Assembly (NCBI GenBank): GCA_964399545.1
Contig: CAYNRG010000004.1
Location: 16,735 to 80,734, forward strand
Source: an uncultured Erysipelotrichaceae bacterium
Lineage (GTDB): Bacteria > Bacillota_I > Bacilli_A > Erysipelotrichales > Erysipelotrichaceae
DNA: 64,000 bases
Direction of reading: 5' to 3'
Shown in pieces: positions 53,705 to 63,688 of the stretch. The position numbers were made by a program, and so were the translations under genes. Each line of letters opens with the position of its first letter. Positions within the stretch are counted from its first letter, which is position 1. The notes under the pieces were generated by a model that saw nothing but the letters and a program-made list of their open reading frames with translations, was not told the DNA's origin and did not search any database.

Positions 53705-55855
53705 ATGAGCATGAAAAAGATATTAGTAGGATTAATGGCCTTTTTAGTAATAGGAATGTCGTGGCGATTTGTTTTTAATAACAAGAAAGATAAAACACAG
53801 GAAGAGGCATCTATTTTAGAGACGACAGTTCCAGAGACGAAAGAAGTAGTTTTTCCAATTGATAATGAATCGAAATTTGAAACAGCTTGGGAATTTGAAG
53901 CTCCAATGGGTGTGACAAGAGAATCAACATATATCACTCAAACGATCTCTATCCAACAAGAAGCCCATGAAGGAGAAATTATTCTTCAAAAGAAAGGGTT
54001 ATTATGGCAAGAAGATGAAGAGTATACGTTTTCAGCATTTTTTGATAGTGATTCAGAAATCGCTTTAAAAATAGATGTATTCTTTTCAGAAGGAGATCTT
54101 TTTTATTCAGAAGAGCTTGAATTTCAAGGGAATACAGAAGTTAAATTTTCGTTAAAAAGTACTAAAACTAACGATTGGAATGGTTTCATTCAAATTAAGA
54201 TGACACCTAAAGAAGCTCAAACTATTGTCATGAACGAGTTTCGAATTATTGAGAATAATCCAAAGGGATCTGTGATTCGATTGAATCACTTGGGGTATCT
54301 TGAAAATGAGAGAAAACGAGTTATTTTCCCATATAATCAAGGTGATTTCTTTGATGTGGTTCGAGTGGAAGATCAGAAAATTGTATATACTGGTGCTATT
54401 GTTGAAGAGAGGTGGAATGAAAGTGCTCAGGAAAGAAATTATAGAGGTGATTTTAGCTCTGTTCAAACTCCTGGGAAATATATTCTTCGCTCTCAAAGTC
54501 TAGGATCATCGTATGAGTTTGAAATTACGGATAATATTTATGAGGAAGTTGCGAAAGATGCACTTAAAATGATTTCCTTACAGCGCTGTGGATCAGATTT
54601 AGCTCAATCTTGGGCTGGAAATTTTGCTCATGAAGCATGTCACATAGAAGAAGCCCATATTTATGATGCTCAACCTCATAAGTTAGATGTACGAGGAGGG
54701 TGGCATGATGCAGGAGACTACGGGCGATATGTAGAAACAGGTGCGAAGACAGCCTTTGACTTATTATTTGCATATCAACGATTTCCAAACAAATTTACAG
54801 ATGAAGTTGGAATTGCGGAAAGCGCCAATGGAATTCCAGATATTTTAGATGAAGTTCGTTATGAACTGGAATGGCTTTTAAAGTTACAAACAGATTGGGG
54901 TGGAGTTTATAACAAAGTAACAACACCATTTTTTGCAGATGATATTTTACCGGAAGAGGATAAAGATGAGTTATATATTCTCCAAGTAGAAACGATGACT
55001 ACAGGAGATTTTGCTGCTGTCATGGCCATGGCTTCAATGATTTATGAAGAATATGATGCTGATTTTGCAAAACAGTGCTTAGAAGCTTCTAAAAAAGCTT
55101 GGGATAATTTAAATGGAACTTATAAAGTAGTAGACTATGGGAACCCAGGTGACTTTATGACTGGAAGTTATCGTGATGGAAATGATAGTGACGAGAGATT
55201 CTTTGCAAGTATAGCATTATGGAGTGCAACTCAAGAGGAGGGATATCTGAATTATGCAAAAGAAGTGTTAGAATCGGATTACCGAGCAGCCGAAGGAGTT
55301 AGTTGGAGTGAAGTTGGGGCTTATGGAGCATATCTTTTTCTAAGTCAAGAAGAGGCGAGAGAACATGAATATTTTTATGGAAAAGTTCTTGAAAATCTTC
55401 AAGGACAAGTTGGTAAAATTGTTGCTTTAATTGAATCAGATGCTTATTTTACTTCTTTGGAAAATTATTCTTGGGGTAGTAATGGGAAAGTACTGAATCA
55501 TGCGATTATATTATTGATGATGTCTGATTTAGAAGGAAATGAATATTATCGTGAGTTGGCAGCTGAACAACTTAATTATATTTTTGGAAGGAACACCTTA
55601 GATTTATCTTTTGTTAGTGGATATGGGTATAAGTTTCCGGAAAATCCGCATCATCGGATTGCGAAGATAAAAAAATCCTTGTTAAAAGGAGCCTTAGTTG
55701 GTGGAGTTAATAGTGACCGTGATGATGGAATAATGCAGCAGATTCAACGGCCAATAGCAAGTATGTATTTGGATCAATATGAGAGTTATTCCACAAATGA
55801 GGTAACTATTTATTGGAATTCTGCCTTAGTTTATGTGTTAAGTTATTTCAGATAA
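53705..55855 (+). CDS. Glycoside hydrolase family 9, membrane-anchored, with N-terminal CBM-like and Ig-like (CelD_N) modules
   Basis: GH9 signature DVRGGWHDAGDYGRY, ..DILDEVRYELEWLLKLQ.., and C-terminal ..YSTNEVTIYWNSAL... One N-terminal TM helix. The start codon is ambiguous (53699, 53705 or 53711). Confidence 0.85.
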   Translation: MSMKKILVGLMAFLVIGMSWRFVFNNKKDKTQEEASILETTVPETKEVVFPIDNESKFETAWEFEAPMGVTRESTYITQTISIQQEAHEGEIILQKKGLLWQEDEEYTFSAFFDSDSEIALKIDVFFSEGDLFYSEELEFQGNTEVKFSLKSTKTNDWNGFIQIKMTPKEAQTIVMNEFRIIENNPKGSVIRLNHLGYLENERKRVIFPYNQGDFFDVVRVEDQKIVYTGAIVEERWNESAQERNYRGDFSSVQTPGKYILRSQSLGSSYEFEITDNIYEEVAKDALKMISLQRCGSDLAQSWAGNFAHEACHIEEAHIYDAQPHKLDVRGGWHDAGDYGRYVETGAKTAFDLLFAYQRFPNKFTDEVGIAESANGIPDILDEVRYELEWLLKLQTDWGGVYNKVTTPFFADDILPEEDKDELYILQVETMTTGDFAAVMAMASMIYEEYDADFAKQCLEASKKAWDNLNGTYKVVDYGNPGDFMTGSYRDGNDSDERFFASIALWSATQEEGYLNYAKEVLESDYRAAEGVSWSEVGAYGAYLFLSQEEAREHEYFYGKVLENLQGQVGKIVALIESDAYFTSLENYSWGSNGKVLNHAIILLMMSDLEGNEYYRELAAEQLNYIFGRNTLDLSFVSGYGYKFPENPHHRIAKIKKSLLKGALVGGVNSDRDDGIMQQIQRPIASMYLDQYESYSTNEVTIYWNSALVYVLSYFR

Positions 55856-55920
55856 AATATACTTTAATTGCATGAGGAATCATACGCTTTGACAACAGGT
55901 GTAGATTTACTTGCTGTATA

Positions 55921-55971
55921 TGAAAAAATGCTCTTGGCTATTTGAGTAATCAAATAACAATGGAGCATTTT
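55921..55971. terminator. Bidirectional terminator between GH9 and the convergent HAD gene
   Basis: aaaaaatgctc...gagcattttt outer stem with an inner tatttga/tcaaata pairing. Confidence 0.6.
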
Positions 55972-55977
55972 TATGTT

Positions 55978-56547
55978 CTACTTTTTAGATTTATTCCAAG
56001 GGTGTAAGGTATGTCCTTTTACAAGAAACGCTTGTTTTGATAACTTAGCTAAAGGATCATCGGAGTAAGAATCTGAGTAGAAAGAATGAACATCTTCTCG
56101 TCGATAAAACTCATCAAAACGCCGAACTTTCTCTGTTCCATAGCAATTTCTTCCCTGATAGGCTCCTGTGTTTTTATTTACTGGTGAGGCCATCCAATGA
56201 GTAATATTTAATTTCTGGCAGAAGGCACCAATTAAAAACTCAGGCGAAGCTGAAATGATTAAGTCATCAGGCTGTTGTTGGCTTAAGTACCACGGTTTGA
56301 TATTTTTTAGGTGAGAGACAACAAAGTCTTCAATCACTAAGTCAATAGAGTCAATCGCTTTTAGGAAAGAGAATAATCTTTCCTTGAATTGCTGTTTTTT
56401 CTTAAGCCTTACTACAAATAAAAGACCATTGAGAAGATGAACAGGAATTTCCTTGTAAAGGGAAGGTTGTTTTTTTAAGCAATAAAAGATAAAGTCAACG
56501 GTACAATCTCCATCATAGATTGTTTTATCAAAATCATAAACATTCAT
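55978..56547 (-). CDS. HAD-IB family hydrolase (SerB-like phosphatase fold)
   Basis: The DFDKT motif I lies right after the start (MNVYDFDKTIYDGD), followed by ..ISASP.. and ..YSDSYSD.PL... The start is set at ATG 56547 behind gaggtga. Confidence 0.7.
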   Translation of the reverse strand: MNVYDFDKTIYDGDCTVDFIFYCLKKQPSLYKEIPVHLLNGLLFVVRLKKKQQFKERLFSFLKAIDSIDLVIEDFVVSHLKNIKPWYLSQQQPDDLIISASPEFLIGAFCQKLNITHWMASPVNKNTGAYQGRNCYGTEKVRRFDEFYRREDVHSFYSDSYSDDPLAKLSKQAFLVKGHTLHPWNKSKK

Positions 56548-56765
56548 AAATTTCACCTCTGTTATACTTATTTTATAGCAAAACATGGAATAAGAAAAGA
56601 AAAAGTAAGAGACTTTTAGATAAAAGACAATTTAGTTAACTATCATTTCCTTAAAGGATACTACTTTCATCAAGCTAGTATTGGACATGAATGTTATTTT
56701 ATGAAAGATTCATCAAAGGGATAAGCGATTTTTAAGTGCTAAAATAATTCCTGTTCAATGGGTGA

Positions 56766-56801
56766 TAAAAAAACTCGAAACCATAGTATAATGTTCCGAG
56801 T
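56766..56801 (-). terminator. Rho-independent terminator after the GT-C-like gene
   Basis: The minus strand reads ctcggaac-attatactatg-gtttcgag followed by ttttttt. Confidence 0.7.
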
Positions 56802-56808
56802 GAATAGG

Positions 56809-58317
56809 TTAGTTTTCCGGCCAATAAAAGATTAATTTCATGTCGGGATTCAAGTTATAGTATTCTTTAAATACTTCTTGGTGATAGACATCATCATCTT
56901 CTACATCGGCAGAATGGATAGTCATAATCGGCATTCGCTGAATCCACGCTTCAGGTGTTTCAGGGTTCTCTTGAAGCCAATGGATCCGCTCTAGGCGTTG
57001 TTGATTAACGGTGTTAACCAGTTTGTATTTATCGTAGTACTTCTTGGACCACAATAGACAAAGAAGTAAAAGAGCGATAAATATGCCTTTTTCTAGTGTA
57101 GCGTGAACGATAGAACGATTATAGAAAATACCAATCAAAAGAATGAAAATATAAATCATATAGATGCTACTACGTGGTCCGAAGATAGGAGAGAAAAGCA
57201 TGACAATGTTGGCACTTCCTCCTACAAGAACAAGGAAACTGGCAATTAGTCGATTCTCTTCGTCAAGGAAGCTCAAGATTATCCAAAATAAGGTTAATAA
57301 ATAAACTGTAAAGAAAGTAGTGATAAATATTTCTCCTCCAGGGTAGTTTAAATCGAATAATAGTCGAAGTGCCTCCCAGTGAAGTTTGCTATAAAGAAAA
57401 GAAGCCATACTTTGAAAAGCGCCAAGAGAAAGAATACTGCCTAGAATCCATAAATGCCAAGCTTTTCTTCTGTAGTCAAAACGTCGAGTATAAATGAAAA
57501 GGAGAAGAACTAAGCTTAAAATTAAAATAAGATACTTATTGTCCAAGAATGTATAAGTTAAGAAATTTTGCCAATTGGCTTGTATTTTTTCGAAAATAGA
57601 TAATCCTAACCAAAGACTATGCTCATTCATCAAGCGATAACTTGCTCCAGGAGAAAGTCTTAATATAGCAAATCCTATGCAACTAACTAAGAGAAACCCG
57701 AGTCCAATTTTTAGTTTCTTTTTGTCGCTAAAATGGAAGTAAAGTGATAATAGAATATTGGATAAAATCAGAGTTGTTGCTATGTTTTCCATCCAAAGAG
57801 GGATGATGATATTTAAAGCGAAACCGGCAATAATTAATCCCGTTTGTTTGTTCCAGTCAAATAATAGGATTTTAATAATATACAAATAGAGCAAATAAAG
57901 AAAGAGTGGAACGATATAAGTTGTTCCCATAATCCATGTGTAGGTTTCCATACGAACATAGTCTTTTACAGAAAGCATCAAAAATAAGATGAGTAGTAAT
58001 AAGCTGACTTGCTTTGCTTTGGGGTTGATAATCTTAAAAATAAGAAAAGCTATTCCAGTAAAGAGTAATGGATTTAAGATGTTCCATAACCATTTATTTG
58101 GTGCTACAACGAAACCCCAAAACTCACTAAAGATTCGACCGGACCAAGAAAAGTAAAATTGATAGGTAAGTTCAAAAGGGTTTCCTTTCATACCATTTAG
58201 TGCATATCCCCAATCGTCTCCTGCAAGAGGGGTCCAATAGGAAATTAGTGCAAAAAGGAGGAAAAAACCTAGGAATAATAATGAGATGAAGAGATTATTT
58301 TTTTTATTTTTTAGCAT
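56809..58317 (-). CDS. Polytopic membrane protein, GT-C-type glycosyltransferase candidate (DUF6056-like)
   Basis: About 13 TM helices and an early extracytoplasmic acidic motif (..TPLAGDDWGY..) of the kind used by GT-C enzymes. It lies directly downstream of a GtrA-family gene. The start is set at ATG 58317 behind gaggtgg. Confidence 0.5.
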   Translation of the reverse strand: MLKNKKNNLFISLLFLGFFLLFALISYWTPLAGDDWGYALNGMKGNPFELTYQFYFSWSGRIFSEFWGFVVAPNKWLWNILNPLLFTGIAFLIFKIINPKAKQVSLLLLILFLMLSVKDYVRMETYTWIMGTTYIVPLFLYLLYLYIIKILLFDWNKQTGLIIAGFALNIIIPLWMENIATTLILSNILLSLYFHFSDKKKLKIGLGFLLVSCIGFAILRLSPGASYRLMNEHSLWLGLSIFEKIQANWQNFLTYTFLDNKYLILILSLVLLLFIYTRRFDYRRKAWHLWILGSILSLGAFQSMASFLYSKLHWEALRLLFDLNYPGGEIFITTFFTVYLLTLFWIILSFLDEENRLIASFLVLVGGSANIVMLFSPIFGPRSSIYMIYIFILLIGIFYNRSIVHATLEKGIFIALLLLCLLWSKKYYDKYKLVNTVNQQRLERIHWLQENPETPEAWIQRMPIMTIHSADVEDDDVYHQEVFKEYYNLNPDMKLIFYWPEN

Positions 58318-58327
58318 AATGACCACC

Positions 58328-58738
58328 TCAAGAAACTTTCTTTTTAGTGAATTTCATAACGAAAGAAACACATAAAAAATTTAAAGGAATTGTAATAGGT
58401 AGCGAAATTAATTTTGCGTACTCTTCTGGGAAATTTAAAATATAAACAGTAAAGAGCACAATAAGCATATTTATGAAAATTCCAGGAAGATAAGCAATGG
58501 GGAAGGTTAGAGCATTTTTCCAATTTAAGGGTTCATGATAGGTGAATTTCGCATTGAGAACATAGGAAATGAAGATAGGGATAGTATCTCCTATAAAAGA
58601 AGAAAAACCAAGTGGGAAAAATCCTAATGTTACGGAAAAATAGTAGATAAATTGAGCTAAAAATGTATTAATTCCCCCAATGATTCCAAACGTTAGGAAT
58701 TGCTTATTAAAAAACTTTAATTTGATTGTATTAAACAT
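58328..58738 (-). CDS. GtrA-family membrane protein (polyprenyl-phosphate-sugar flippase candidate)
   Basis: About 136 aa with 4 TM helices and ..FLTFGIIGGINTF.. typical of GtrA/GtcA. ATG start behind ggag. Confidence 0.75.
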   Translation of the reverse strand: MFNTIKLKFFNKQFLTFGIIGGINTFLAQFIYYFSVTLGFFPLGFSSFIGDTIPIFISYVLNAKFTYHEPLNWKNALTFPIAYLPGIFINMLIVLFTVYILNFPEEYAKLISLPITIPLNFLCVSFVMKFTKKKVS

Positions 58739-58876
58739 GAGCAATACTCCTTATCTTAGATATTATATCATAAATACTATTGAAGAAAATATAGCTTTTG
58801 GAGTAAAAGTTGAAATCTCTTTGTAAAGAGTTTAAAAGGAGACATTTTTTTGATATAATTAAACATGGTGATAAAA

Positions 58877-59839
58877 ATGAATAAAAAAATATCGATTGTG
58901 GTTCCTGTATATAATGTAGAGAACTATTTAGAGCGATGTATCAAAAGCTTAATCAACCAATCTTATCAAAATTTGGAAATTATACTGGTTGATGATGGTT
59001 CAACAGATTCTTCAGGATTAATTTGTAAGAAGTGGGCTGAACAAGATCAGCGCATTGTTTTTGTGAAGAAACAAAATGGAGGATTAAGTGATGCTAGAAA
59101 TGCAGGGATAAAAAATGCAACAGGAAGTTATCTTTTGTTTGTAGATAGCGATGATTTTATAAAAGAAAACATAGTGGCAGTCATGGTACAACGATTACAA
59201 GAAACAGAAGCTGATATTTGTATTTGTGATATGGAATATCTTTATGATGATGGAAGAGTTTCTTTCTCTAGCGGAGGGGATTTCGACCAGGGAAATGTTC
59301 AAGAAAATCCCACTTTGATAAAAATAAACAATAGTGCTTGTAATAAACTTTTTGCACGATATTTATTTGAAGATGTGCAATTTCCAGTAGGGAAGTATTA
59401 CGAAGATTTAGCGACAGTTCCTATTTTATTGTTTAAGGCAAAAAAAATTGTCAAAGTGAATGAAGTTGGATATATTTACTATCAACGCACGGGGTCTATT
59501 GCGCATAGTGCTAATCGAAAAATATTTGAAATCTATGATGCAATTCAAGGTTGTATTGACTATATTGAAAAGCAAGGGCAGTATTTGAATTTAGTAGAAG
59601 AATTAAAAAAGTTATATATTTTACATGGTTTAGAATTAACGACGTTAAGAATTAAAGACTTTGATGATTCTGCATTGATTGAGGAATACTTACAGGAGAA
59701 TATGAAACATTTGGAAAAGTTTTATCCTAATTACAGAAAAGATTCAATGATGAAATCTTACTCTTTAAAAAAGAGGCTTATTTTTTCGTTAATGTCTTGG
59801 AGAAAAATGAAAGTAGTGAAGAAAATTTATGGGCGATAA
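58877..59839 (+). CDS. Family 2 glycosyltransferase
   Basis: ISIVVPVYNVENYLERC.., ..VDDGSTD.., ..FVDSDD.. (DxD). Confidence 0.85.
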   Translation: MNKKISIVVPVYNVENYLERCIKSLINQSYQNLEIILVDDGSTDSSGLICKKWAEQDQRIVFVKKQNGGLSDARNAGIKNATGSYLLFVDSDDFIKENIVAVMVQRLQETEADICICDMEYLYDDGRVSFSSGGDFDQGNVQENPTLIKINNSACNKLFARYLFEDVQFPVGKYYEDLATVPILLFKAKKIVKVNEVGYIYYQRTGSIAHSANRKIFEIYDAIQGCIDYIEKQGQYLNLVEELKKLYILHGLELTTLRIKDFDDSALIEEYLQENMKHLEKFYPNYRKDSMMKSYSLKKRLIFSLMSWRKMKVVKKIYGR

Positions 59840-60983
59840 GAGAAAAATTTTATTTGTGAATGATGAAATGGAAATGGGGGGAGTTGCACGGGTGTTAAAT
59901 ACACTTATGTCACATTTAGACCCTAGTCAATATGAGGTGGATTGTCTAGTCCTACATAAGCATGGTTTACTTTTGGATGAAATTCCATCTCATGTTCAGA
60001 TTTTAAGTGGAACTTCTTTTTTTGATACTATAGATTTACCTTTAAAAGAGTTGATTCATCAAAAAAAAGGAATCAAAATTTTAAAGAAGGCTCGTCTTAT
60101 TTTTTATATGAAAACAGGGATGATTAAGAAAAAGATCCAAGCAGAAAGAAGAAAGATATTAAAAAAGAAATATGATGTTGAGTTTGCAGCAAAAGAGGGA
60201 TTTTGTACAATTTTTACAGCATATGGAGATAGTAAGAAAAAATTAAATTGGGTTTTAACAGACTACAGTGTTCATAATTATTCGAAGCGTCATATGAAAC
60301 TAATGAAAGAGGCTTTGAAAGAAATCGATTTGAATATTGCGGACTCTAAAGATGCCTTGAATGCCTACATTGATGTTTTCGATATTAAGACAGGCTGTGC
60401 GATTCACAATTTGATGGATGTAGATAAGGTGAAAAGAGGAATGGAAGGGACACCAATTGTTGATTATGATTTAAACTGTGTGAATGTAATTAGTATTGGG
60501 AGATTTCATCATCAAAAACGAGTAGAAAGAATTTTATATGCTCATGAAGAAGCTTTAAAAAAAGGTATGAATCATAATCTGTATTTGATTGGCGGTGGGC
60601 CTGATGAAGAGATGCTACGCAAAATTGTAAAAGATAAAAAACTGAATCAAGTATTCTTCTTAGGATATCAGAAAAATCCTTATGCAGATTTAGCACGTTG
60701 TGACTTGTTTGTGTTATCTAGTGAATATGAAGGGTTTGCGACAATTGTAAATGAAAGCTTAATTGCAACAACTCCAGTGCTATCTACATTGGTGAGTGGG
60801 ATTCAAGAACAGATTACACAAGAAGAGCATGGTTGGATTGTTGAAAATAATCAAGAAAGTCTAAATGAAGGCTATATAAGAGCTATTGAAAATCAAGAAA
60901 AATTGCGGATGATGAAAAAGAAGCTAGAGAACTATAATTATCCCAATCAAGAGATTTTAAAGAAATTTATTCAAATTTTATAA
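59829..60983 (+). CDS. Family 4 (GT-B, Glycos_transf_1) glycosyltransferase
   Basis: N-terminal ..GGVARVL.. and a C-terminal E(x7)E-type region (..SSEYEGFATIVNESLIATTPVLST..). Confidence 0.8.
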   Translation: MGDKRKILFVNDEMEMGGVARVLNTLMSHLDPSQYEVDCLVLHKHGLLLDEIPSHVQILSGTSFFDTIDLPLKELIHQKKGIKILKKARLIFYMKTGMIKKKIQAERRKILKKKYDVEFAAKEGFCTIFTAYGDSKKKLNWVLTDYSVHNYSKRHMKLMKEALKEIDLNIADSKDALNAYIDVFDIKTGCAIHNLMDVDKVKRGMEGTPIVDYDLNCVNVISIGRFHHQKRVERILYAHEEALKKGMNHNLYLIGGGPDEEMLRKIVKDKKLNQVFFLGYQKNPYADLARCDLFVLSSEYEGFATIVNESLIATTPVLSTLVSGIQEQITQEEHGWIVENNQESLNEGYIRAIENQEKLRMMKKKLENYNYPNQEILKKFIQIL

Positions 60984-61043
60984 AAAGATTAAAAATAGGT
61001 GGAAGGAATTTATTCAAAAGAAAGCACGGATGAGGTGAGGGAG

Positions 61044-62645
61044 ATGAAACTGATACAAAGAATGCGAAATGAAAGCAACTGGAAGCTGGTTTTAATTTTA
61101 TGGATATTAATTCAACCAGTTGTTGATTTAGACTATGTATTCTATGAAACTTTGAATCAAATTGGGTTACCACGTTTTTCAACGATTGTTCGATTTTTGG
61201 TTTTGCCAGCATTAATTGTATGGACGTATGCACTAAAGGAGAAAAATAAGAAAAAAGTTGGAATCTGCGCTTTGCTTTATTTAGGGATTGCAGGAGGTTA
61301 TTTCTATTTTCACTCTGTGCAAGCGATAGCTATTTATGATGTAATGGGGTTTACTACGAACTTTAGATTTAATTGGTATCAGGAATTAGTTTATTTACTG
61401 ACGCTAGTTCTACCTTTTGGACTGATGTATTGTGTTTTCTACTTAAGACCCACTCAAAATCTTATGAGAAATATTGTGATTTTCACTTCAGGTATCATTT
61501 CAGTACCTATCGTTATTTCAAATATTCTTTCTTTTGGGTTAAGTACATACGAAGGGAAAGCCGTAGCTAGTTTTCTATCATGGTTTTCGGAAAATGAATA
61601 TACGCCGCGCCAATTAGCGACGAAGTTTTTCTTTTATGAAGGAAATACGGTAGGAATTTTATTGTTTATGTTACTACCGCTTGTGTACCTTTTATATGTT
61701 CAAGAAAAAAATCAAAAAGAAAAAAATAAGTTGATTTTCCTTTTGTTAATGCACTCATTATCCATGCTTATCTTAGGGACAAGAGTAGCAACATATGGAG
61801 CCTTGCTGGTGCCACTTTATTTCACGGTGTTGTATGTACTAGATTGTTTTTTAAAAAACAGAAAGTTTGAAATTAATAAATTTGGAGTACCTGTAGTTAT
61901 TGCAGTTGTTGTTTCTTTGATGTTTCCCTATACTCCAGCAGTACAAAATCAAAAAATTGATGCAGCTAATGATGTTGCGTTAATTGAAGGTGGGTTGTCA
62001 AATGGAATAGAAGAAATCGAAAGAATAAAGGGAGAAATTGATGGAGAAGCTCTAATTCCAGGATCTCTAGAATTTAATCATTTCTATATTAATATGTTTG
62101 AAGAGTATGGAATTCGCGCAGGGTTTATTAATACAGTCCCACAAATATACTATACTCATTGGTATAGTTATGAGTATGATCCTATTTTTTGGATGAGTAT
62201 TGTAGAAATGGATGTTTATCAGCGTTTAAATGGTCGACAAATCCAAAATATTTTTATGAGATATAAATTGGAAAAACTAACCATGAAAGAAAAGATTTTG
62301 GGTGCGGGATATTCAACCTTTATGAATGGTTCTATTATTTTGGAACAAGACTTTAAGCAACAAATGATGACGTTGGGGCCGATTGGATTTATTTTAACCA
62401 TTTATCCATGGATTTTAATCCTCTGTGTAGGCTTATTTATTGTACTTCTAAGATGGAAGAAGTATTTTAGATTAAATATTTTTGTCTATGGAGCTAGTTT
62501 TGCAAGTGGGTTAGGTTCTGCTTACATGAGTGGTCATACATTAGATCAATTTATGACAACAACATGGCTTGCGATTATGGCTGCGTTATTGATCATTGAA
62601 ATTACCCAAAAAGAGGAAGAGGTGTCTGGATGCGACCACAAGTAA
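61044..62645 (+). CDS. O-antigen ligase/polymerase-like (Wzy-type) membrane protein
   Basis: At least 10 TM helices with a large late extracytoplasmic loop, and a ..LGTRVATYGALLVP.. segment resembling the Wzy_C core. The start is set behind gaggtgagggag. Confidence 0.55.
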   Translation: MKLIQRMRNESNWKLVLILWILIQPVVDLDYVFYETLNQIGLPRFSTIVRFLVLPALIVWTYALKEKNKKKVGICALLYLGIAGGYFYFHSVQAIAIYDVMGFTTNFRFNWYQELVYLLTLVLPFGLMYCVFYLRPTQNLMRNIVIFTSGIISVPIVISNILSFGLSTYEGKAVASFLSWFSENEYTPRQLATKFFFYEGNTVGILLFMLLPLVYLLYVQEKNQKEKNKLIFLLLMHSLSMLILGTRVATYGALLVPLYFTVLYVLDCFLKNRKFEINKFGVPVVIAVVVSLMFPYTPAVQNQKIDAANDVALIEGGLSNGIEEIERIKGEIDGEALIPGSLEFNHFYINMFEEYGIRAGFINTVPQIYYTHWYSYEYDPIFWMSIVEMDVYQRLNGRQIQNIFMRYKLEKLTMKEKILGAGYSTFMNGSIILEQDFKQQMMTLGPIGFILTIYPWILILCVGLFIVLLRWKKYFRLNIFVYGASFASGLGSAYMSGHTLDQFMTTTWLAIMAALLIIEITQKEEEVSGCDHK

Positions 62646-63607
62646 GTGTTATTGTTCCAGTATATAATGCAGATAAATTTTTAGAAAGTTGCTTAGAAAG
62701 TTTAGTCTGCCAAACTTTAGAATCGATAGAGATTATTGTAGTGAATGATGGATCGACGGATGGAAGTCAGGAAATTATTGATCGGTATACAGAAAAATAT
62801 CCACAAATTAAAGCATATAAGAAAGAAAATACAGGGATTGCGGACACTCGAAATTTCGGGCTTTCCAAAGTAACTGGTGAATATTTAGCTTTTTTAGATA
62901 GTGATGATACAGCGGATAGAACCATGCTTGAGAAAATGATTAAAAAAGCAAAGGAAACCGATGCGGATGTTGTGGTTAGTCACTTTATGTGGACTTTCCC
63001 AAATGAAAGAAAGATTCAAAAAGAAGGTCCTTATCCATGTGGGAAGTTAATGATGATTCACCTCTTCGCAACCCTATGGAACAAGATTTATAAAACTGAA
63101 TTCATTCAGCAGACTGGCTTACAATTTCCAAATGGGAATCGATATGAAGATGCGTATTTCTTGTATTGTCTTGTTCCTTGGATTAAAAGAGTTGAATTTA
63201 TAGATGAAGCATTTGTCTCGTATATTCAACACGATGCGAGCATTACACATACCAATAATGATCAAGTAAAGAATATGATTACGGTATTTCAACTGATTGT
63301 GGAGTACTATAAAAAGCATGGGTTGTTTGAACAGTATTTTGAAGAATTAGAATATATTCATATTCGTTTTTTTCTAGGAAACAGTTTTTTGAGAAGTGCT
63401 CAAATTGAGGATAAAAAAGATCGGAAAGAAACGATTTTATTGGGGTGGAACCTTCTGAATCAACAGTTTCCAAAATGGAGGAAAAATCATTATTTAAAGG
63501 ATTTAGGTGGAATGAAAAATAGTTATTTTCGACTAGTTAGTCGATGGAACTTAATGATTTTCGCAGCTTTATTTAAAAAACGGAAAAAAAATGCCGATTC
63601 TGACTGA
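62630..63607 (+). CDS. Family 2 glycosyltransferase
   Basis: VSVIVPVYNADKFLESC.., ..VNDGSTDGS.., ..FLDSDD... Confidence 0.85.
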   Translation: MRPQVSVIVPVYNADKFLESCLESLVCQTLESIEIIVVNDGSTDGSQEIIDRYTEKYPQIKAYKKENTGIADTRNFGLSKVTGEYLAFLDSDDTADRTMLEKMIKKAKETDADVVVSHFMWTFPNERKIQKEGPYPCGKLMMIHLFATLWNKIYKTEFIQQTGLQFPNGNRYEDAYFLYCLVPWIKRVEFIDEAFVSYIQHDASITHTNNDQVKNMITVFQLIVEYYKKHGLFEQYFEELEYIHIRFFLGNSFLRSAQIEDKKDRKETILLGWNLLNQQFPKWRKNHYLKDLGGMKNSYFRLVSRWNLMIFAALFKKRKKNADSD

Positions 63608-63688
63608 TAAGAGATTCGTAAAGGCCAGATGGAAGATATACATTTAAAAAGGTTTATTGTATAATGTTTAGGATACGGAGGAATGAGT

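Noticed and set aside
60061-60068. A8 tract inside the GT4 glycosyltransferase gene (and an A8 run near the end of the 62630-63607 GT2 gene) as phase-variation switches
   Set aside because: A/T homopolymers of 8-9 nt are frequent throughout this AT-rich window, including in housekeeping genes (18181-18210 and 12692-12700). They carry no specific signal here, and no alternative-frame continuation was seen.
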